From NCBI GenBank assembly GCA_902542145.1, contig CACBTL010000002.1, forward strand, positions 8,170 to 72,169: 64,000 nt of DNA, written 5' to 3'. Under the pieces are notes generated by a model that worked only from the letters and a program-made list of their open reading frames with translations, was not told the origin of the DNA and searched no databases. This document shows positions 59,446 to 64,000 of this stretch, in pieces (position 1 is the stretch's first letter; each line of letters starts with the position of its first letter). The DNA is from an uncultured SAR86 cluster bacterium (GTDB lineage Bacteria > Pseudomonadota > Gammaproteobacteria > Magnimaribacterales > AG-339-G14). A program made the translations under genes and the position numbers.

Positions 59446-60906
59446 TTATTCCTCAAACCAATCAGATCTTGCATCCATAATAATTTTTGCAGCTAATTCT
59501 TCATCTATTTTGGTCATTTCTACTAATTCATCAACAGATAGATCAGCTAACTCATCTTTACTAGATAAATTATCTGAAAGAACTTTTGCAATTTCTTCAT
59601 CGACATCATCTAAAGAATTAAAGTCAAATGCTTCTTCCATATCTGAAAGAGCAATTTCAATCAGTGCATCAGAGGCTCTTTCAATTAATGTTTCAGCAAT
59701 TTCCTCTGAAATCCCCTCTATTTCACAAAGTTTAGATATTTCAGCTTCTGCAATAGAATTAATTGATTCGAAACCATTAGAAATTAAAATTTCTGAAGTG
59801 GAAGTATCAATATCTAAGTATTTTTCAAGAATATTTGAAGCTTGATCAGACCCAGAAGATTCTTTATCTTCATTCTCTCCACGAATCTGGATATCCCATC
59901 CAATAAGTTCCGAGGATAATCTTATATTTTGACCATTTCTTCCTATTGCTTGAGCCAAGCTTTCATCTTTGACCTGAACTTCCATTTTATCTGCATCTTC
60001 ATCTAAAACTATTGAAGTAACTTCGGCTGGAGACAAAGTATTTATTAGTAATTTTGCTGGATCGTCTTCCCAGACAATAATATCAATTCTCTCATTACCT
60101 AATTCGTTTGAAACTGCTTGAACTCTCGCTCCTCTCATTCCCACACATGCTCCAACAGGATCAATTCTCGTATCGTTTGTTTTGACTGCGATTTTAGATC
60201 TTCCTCCAGGCTCTCTAGCCACGGCTCTTATCTGAACTACTTCTTCAGCTATCTCAGGAACCTCAAGTTTAAATAATTCAACTAACATCTCTTTAGACCC
60301 TCTAGATAAAGTTAATTGTGATCCTCTATTCTCGCGAACAGTTTCTTCAAGAATAGCCCTGACCCTATCACCGATGCGATATATCTCTCCTTGAATTAAA
60401 TCTGACCTAGGGAGAATAGCATCAGCTCCTTCACCGAGATCAACAATGATTGTTTCTCTTGTAACTTTCTTTACTGTCCCTGTAACTAGAAGACCTAAGG
60501 AGGATCTGAATTTTTTTATTGTTTCAAGTCTCTCAGCATCTCTTACTTTTTGAACAATGACTTGTTTAGCTATTTGGGCAGCAATTCTTCCAAATTCAAC
60601 ATTTTCAATTTTTTCTTTCACTAAGTCACCAAGAGAAAGGTTTTTTTCCTCCGCATGATCACTATCTATAAGAATATGCATCTCAGGTGTTTCATAATCA
60701 TCAACCTCTACTACCTCCCAACATCTGAAAGTTTCATAATCACCTGTCTGATGATCTATATCCACGCGAATATCTACCTCATCAGCATATTTTTTCTTAG
60801 CAGCACTAGCTAAAGCAATTTCAATTGCTTCAAAAATAGTATCTTTTGGTAAATCTTTCTCATTCGAAACTGATTCTGCAACCATTAATATTTCTTCATT
60901 ATTCAT
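59446..60906 (-). CDS. nusA: Transcription termination/antitermination factor NusA
   Basis: It has S1 and KH domains plus acidic C-terminal repeats. The start MNNEEILMVAESV at ATG 60906 overlaps the rimP end by 8 nt. The track start at 60939 is probably spurious. Confidence 0.95.
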   Translation of the reverse strand: MNNEEILMVAESVSNEKDLPKDTIFEAIEIALASAAKKKYADEVDIRVDIDHQTGDYETFRCWEVVEVDDYETPEMHILIDSDHAEEKNLSLGDLVKEKIENVEFGRIAAQIAKQVIVQKVRDAERLETIKKFRSSLGLLVTGTVKKVTRETIIVDLGEGADAILPRSDLIQGEIYRIGDRVRAILEETVRENRGSQLTLSRGSKEMLVELFKLEVPEIAEEVVQIRAVAREPGGRSKIAVKTNDTRIDPVGACVGMRGARVQAVSNELGNERIDIIVWEDDPAKLLINTLSPAEVTSIVLDEDADKMEVQVKDESLAQAIGRNGQNIRLSSELIGWDIQIRGENEDKESSGSDQASNILEKYLDIDTSTSEILISNGFESINSIAEAEISKLCEIEGISEEIAETLIERASDALIEIALSDMEEAFDFNSLDDVDEEIAKVLSDNLSSKDELADLSVDELVEMTKIDEELAAKIIMDARSDWFEE

Positions 60907-61369
60907 TTGATACCTCGAAAATTGGTTCAAGTCTTGCAACTATGATTTTGTCAAAATTAATAAAGAGATCGTTTTCCTCTTTTAAAAAAATTCCTTCCTC
61001 GTTAGCATCCAGTAAGAGAGCAAGTTTGGTTACCTTTTTGTTTCCGTCATAAAATTTAACTTTGATTTCATGCCCAATAAATTCGTTAAATTGCTCTAAT
61101 TTAAAGAATTTTCTATCCAATCCTGGAGAGGATACTTCTAAAGTATAATCAAATGATACAAGCTCTATATTGGTGAGTAATTCATTTACTTGATTGCTTA
61201 CCTTCTGACAATCATCTATATCTACGCCGTTTTTTTTATCTATAAAAATTCTTATTAATTTTGATCTTGAATTCCCTGATAATTCAATTCCCCACAGAGA
61301 AAGACCAAAAGATTCAATATCTTTTGTAATATTTGTTTCTAACTTTTCTATCGTACTTGTCATAACCAC
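60899..61369 (-). CDS. rimP: Ribosome maturation factor RimP
   Basis: It has the LEVSSPGLDRKF motif and lies between tRNA-fMet and nusA. An alternative ATG start is at 61363. Confidence 0.9.
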   Translation of the reverse strand: MVMTSTIEKLETNITKDIESFGLSLWGIELSGNSRSKLIRIFIDKKNGVDIDDCQKVSNQVNELLTNIELVSFDYTLEVSSPGLDRKFFKLEQFNEFIGHEIKVKFYDGNKKVTKLALLLDANEEGIFLKEENDLFINFDKIIVARLEPIFEVSNE

Positions 61370-61379
61370 ATATAAAAGA

Positions 61380-61394
61380 AGCCCATAAAGGGCC
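61380..61394 (-). terminator. Weak hairpin between tRNA-fMet and rimP (possible attenuator or processing site)
   Basis: The sense RNA is GGCCC-UUUAU-GGGCU, followed by UCUUUUAU. It has only 4 GC pairs plus a wobble pair. Confidence 0.25.
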
Positions 61395-61401
61395 CAAAAA
61401 A

Positions 61402-61478
<77 letters not shown>

Positions 61479-61496
61479 ATATTCTTAAACTGCGCG

Positions 61497-61525
61497 AGTA
61501 TAGGTTTTTAAAGCTTGTTTTTCAA
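61497..61525 (-). promoter_or_regulatory. Putative sigma-70 promoter for metY-rimP-nusA-infB, with a GC-rich discriminator
   Basis: The -35 element is TTGAAA (61525..61520). A 17-nt spacer follows, then the -10 element TATACT (61502..61497) and the discriminator CGCGCA. It lies about 18 nt upstream of the tRNA 5' end and 7 nt after tRNA-Leu. Confidence 0.5.
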
Positions 61526-61531
61526 GTAAAT

Positions 61532-61618
61532 TGGTGCCGAAGAGAGGATTCGAACCTCCACGGACAGTTGTCCACTACCCCCTCAAGATAGCGTGTCTAC
61601 CAGTTCCACCACTTCGGC
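61532..61618 (-). tRNA. leuU: tRNA-Leu (anticodon GAG), class II with long variable arm
   Basis: The reverse strand begins GCCGAAGTGGTGGAACTGGTAGACACGCTATCTTGAGGGGGTAG and ends TTCGAATCCTCTCTTCGGCACCA. It resembles E. coli leuU and keeps the conserved secG-leuU linkage. Confidence 0.9.
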
Positions 61619-61620
61619 CC

Positions 61621-61935
61621 TTATTCTGGTAATTCTTGAATAATTTCTTCTTCAATCTGTTCAATGTTATTTTGATCAATAAGAAAATCAAACTCATTAT
61701 TGATTTCATTTTTTTGAACTATTGATATAGAAATAGTTACAACAAAGAATATAGCTACTAAAACCCAAGTAACTTTTGTTAACAAATTAGTTGAATCAAT
61801 TGGACCAAGCATTGGATTTGAAGAACCGGAGCCAAATGCAGAACCAATATCGGCTCCTTTACCGTGCTGCAACAAAATTATCCCAACCAATAATATGGCT
61901 GAAATCACTTGGAATATAATCAAAAAAAGAATCAT
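61621..61935 (-). CDS. secG: Preprotein translocase subunit SecG
   Basis: It has two TM segments and LLQHGKGADIGSAFGSG. It is 104 aa. Confidence 0.9.
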   Translation of the reverse strand: MILFLIIFQVISAILLVGIILLQHGKGADIGSAFGSGSSNPMLGPIDSTNLLTKVTWVLVAIFFVVTISISIVQKNEINNEFDFLIDQNNIEQIEEEIIQELPE

Positions 61936-62663
61936 TACTCTAAACTCAGCGCGATATTAGCAAATTCTTTAGGGTCAAGAGAAGCATTTCCTACTAAAAA
62001 TCCATCGATACCATCAACTTTGGCAAGATTCTTAGCGCTCTCAGAAGTAACGCTTCCCCCATAGATCAATGTCAAATCAAATTCTAAATTATCTCTAACT
62101 AAATCTTTTATAAGAAGAGAAACCTCTTCTAAATGCTCGTTTTGGACAGCCATTCCAGAACCTATAGCATAAATAGGCTCGTAGGCAATCAAAACACTAT
62201 CTGATAAGTTTTTAAGAGGAAATAAATTTTCAGTTAATTGATGTTTTATTTTTTTTTCTGTTCTACCTTTGGAGTATTCGTCCTGATTTTCACCAATGCA
62301 CAAAATAGGTATAAGATCACAATCCAAGGCTGTTTGAACTTTATTAAGAATAGTTTCATCGTCTTCTCCTTGAAGCCTGCTTTCGGAGTGGCCTACTATT
62401 GAGTAAGAAGCTCCTATATTTTTTAGCATTTTTCCTGATATTTGACCAGTAAATGCGCCTTCAGTCTCTGAAGATAAATTTTGAGCGCTGATTAAAATTT
62501 TTTTGTGAGTTTCCGATGTTTTTTTAAATAAATCTTTAATATCCAGATAGTTAGGACAAATAACTACCTTAATTTCTTCTGAAATATTATTTAGATCAAA
62601 ATCTTTCAGCCATACATCCAAATTGACAAAGTTCATTTTCCAGTTTGCAACTAAATGCTTCAT
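61935..62663 (-). CDS. tpiA: Triosephosphate isomerase
   Basis: It has the VANWKMN, IVGHSESR and AYEPIYAIGSG motifs. Confidence 0.95.
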   Translation of the reverse strand: MKHLVANWKMNFVNLDVWLKDFDLNNISEEIKVVICPNYLDIKDLFKKTSETHKKILISAQNLSSETEGAFTGQISGKMLKNIGASYSIVGHSESRLQGEDDETILNKVQTALDCDLIPILCIGENQDEYSKGRTEKKIKHQLTENLFPLKNLSDSVLIAYEPIYAIGSGMAVQNEHLEEVSLLIKDLVRDNLEFDLTLIYGGSVTSESAKNLAKVDGIDGFLVGNASLDPKEFANIALSLE

Positions 62664-64000
62664 GAAATTGATTCTACAAGATCAGTTAATAAAGATGATT
62701 GCTCTGAAGTTGCTTCCTTAGAATTACTTTCAACCATTATTCTAATCTTGTGTTCTGTGCCAGATTTTCTTATGAGTACTCTGCCATCAAAAGTTTCTAA
62801 TAACTCTTCTGATTTTTTTTGAGCTTTCTGTAATTTTTTATTTTTTAAAACTTTATTTCCATCCTTAACTTTTACATTGGTAAGAATTTGAGGATATTTT
62901 TTAAATTCTGAAAGTAATTCGGATATTGTTTTATTTGAAACTACAATAGATTGAAGGAACTGAATTGCAGCGATTATTCCATCTCCAGTATTTGATTTAT
63001 CTAGGCAAAGAATATGTCCAGACTGTTCTCCTCCAAGAGTCCAATTTAGTTCATTTAACTTTTGTAAAACATACTTATCCCCAACATCCGATCTCACCAA
63101 CTCAATACCCTCATCGTTAAAAGCTTTTTCTAACCCTTTGTTTGTCATAAGAGTACCAACTACGCCTTTAACGCCAAGATGTATTTTTGACTCAAATTTA
63201 TTTTTTGCGATGACATATAAAATATCGTCTCCATCTAATTCTCGACCGTTTGAATCAATAATAATTAATCTATCTCCATCACCATCAAGTGCAATGCCAA
63301 AATCTGCATTTTTGTTTAAAACTTCATCTTTTAAAAAATCTATGTTGGTACTTCCGCAATCTTTGTTAATGTTTAAACCATCCGGACTATCAGCAATCGA
63401 ATAAACTTCTGCTCCAAGCTCTTTAAAAACTTTGGGTGCAACTTCATAGGCAGCGCCATTAGCAGAGTCAATAACAAGACTTAGACCTGAAAATGAAATA
63501 TCTTCACTTAGGGTATTCTTACAAAATTCAATGTATCTGCCTTTTGCATCACTAATCCTTGCCGCCTTGCCAAGATTTTCAGGATGCACAAATTCATAAG
63601 CTTCTTCAGCAAATTTTTCTATTTCTCTTTCATTCTCAAGGGATAACTTTTCTCCATTTTCATCAAAAAATTTAATGCCATTGTCTTCAAATGAATTATG
63701 TGAGGCACTTATTACGACTCCAGCGTGTCCTTTGAAAGTAGATACCAGATATGAAATTGCCGGCGTTGGCATAGGGCCTACTAATCTTACATTCACTCCA
63801 GATGAAATAATTCCAGCTTGAAGGGCAGACTCCAGCATATATCCGGAAATCCTTGTATCTTTTCCGATTACTAAAGTTTTAATTCCCCTTTTTTTGAAAT
63901 GTCTCCCTGCAGCATGGCCAAGTTTGAGGACTGACTCTGGGTTAACTTCATTATCTATAGATCCTCTTACACCGTCGGTACCAAAAAATATTAGTTTTCT
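62660..64000 (-). CDS. glmM: Phosphoglucosamine mutase, 5' end running off the window
   Basis: It has the phosphoserine loop GVVISASHNSFEDNGIK. The frame stays open upstream of the track start at 63838, and my translation of the window end gives RKLIFFGTDGVRG, the GlmM N-terminus. The start codon lies at or just beyond position 64000. Confidence 0.93.
   Translation of the reverse strand, partial: RKLIFFGTDGVRGSIDNEVNPESVLKLGHAAGRHFKKRGIKTLVIGKDTRISGYMLESALQAGIISSGVNVRLVGPMPTPAISYLVSTFKGHAGVVISASHNSFEDNGIKFFDENGEKLSLENEREIEKFAEEAYEFVHPENLGKAARISDAKGRYIEFCKNTLSEDISFSGLSLVIDSANGAAYEVAPKVFKELGAEVYSIADSPDGLNINKDCGSTNIDFLKDEVLNKNADFGIALDGDGDRLIIIDSNGRELDGDDILYVIAKNKFESKIHLGVKGVVGTLMTNKGLEKAFNDEGIELVRSDVGDKYVLQKLNELNWTLGGEQSGHILCLDKSNTGDGIIAAIQFLQSIVVSNKTISELLSEFKKYPQILTNVKVKDGNKVLKNKKLQKAQKKSEELLETFDGRVLIRKSGTEHKIRIMVESNSKEATSEQSSLLTDLVESIS

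Overview
This window is visibly AT-rich (roughly one-third G+C by eye, not computed) and extremely gene-dense. It looks like chromosome from a streamlined gammaproteobacterium. The synteny blocks follow the Pseudomonas-type order as I recall it; a SAR86-like marine lineage is only a guess.

Almost everything is housekeeping. In window order:
- kdsA (partial), pyrG, a ferritin-like diiron protein, and alr-dnaB-rplI-rpsR-rpsF
- a contiguous 15-gene dcw cell-wall/division cluster, RNase P RNA, rsmI and a short LpoA-like lipoprotein
- sspA-petCBA-rpsI-rplM, a PDZ-less DegS/AlgW-like protease, and hisD-hisG-murA-mlaC
- kdsD-lptC-lptB-mgtE, and mreBCD divergent from gatCAB
- maoC, an acyl-CoA ligase, a GH84-like gene, and moeB-prmC-prfA
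- lolB-ispE-tRNA-Gln-prs-rplY-pth-ychF and tRNA-Met(CAU)
- pnp-rpsO-truB-rbfA-infB-nusA-rimP-tRNA-fMet-tRNA-Leu-secG-tpiA-glmM (partial)

I saw no mobile elements, CRISPR arrays, toxin-antitoxin, defence or secondary-metabolite loci. I did not find a convincing novel multi-gene system.

The observations most worth a second look are:
1. The dcw cluster is rearranged, with ftsQAZ sitting between ftsL and ftsI.
2. A perfect terminator-like palindrome lies at that junction, inside the first codons of ftsI.
3. murG has an intact N-terminus but no canonical start codon.
4. A phased four-repeat GTG operator and promoter lie upstream of mraZ.
5. The DegS-like protease lacks its PDZ domain.
6. A GH84 (O-GlcNAcase-like) gene is translationally coupled to the prfA-prmC-moeB operon.
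7. An uncharacterised diiron protein sits next to pyrG.
8. The Mla/Lpt locus is eroded.
9. Compaction is extreme: start codons 3 nt apart, convergent genes sharing stop codons, and tRNAs abutting CDSs.

I scanned for repeats and hairpins by eye, mainly at gene junctions. Structures buried in coding sequence may have been missed.
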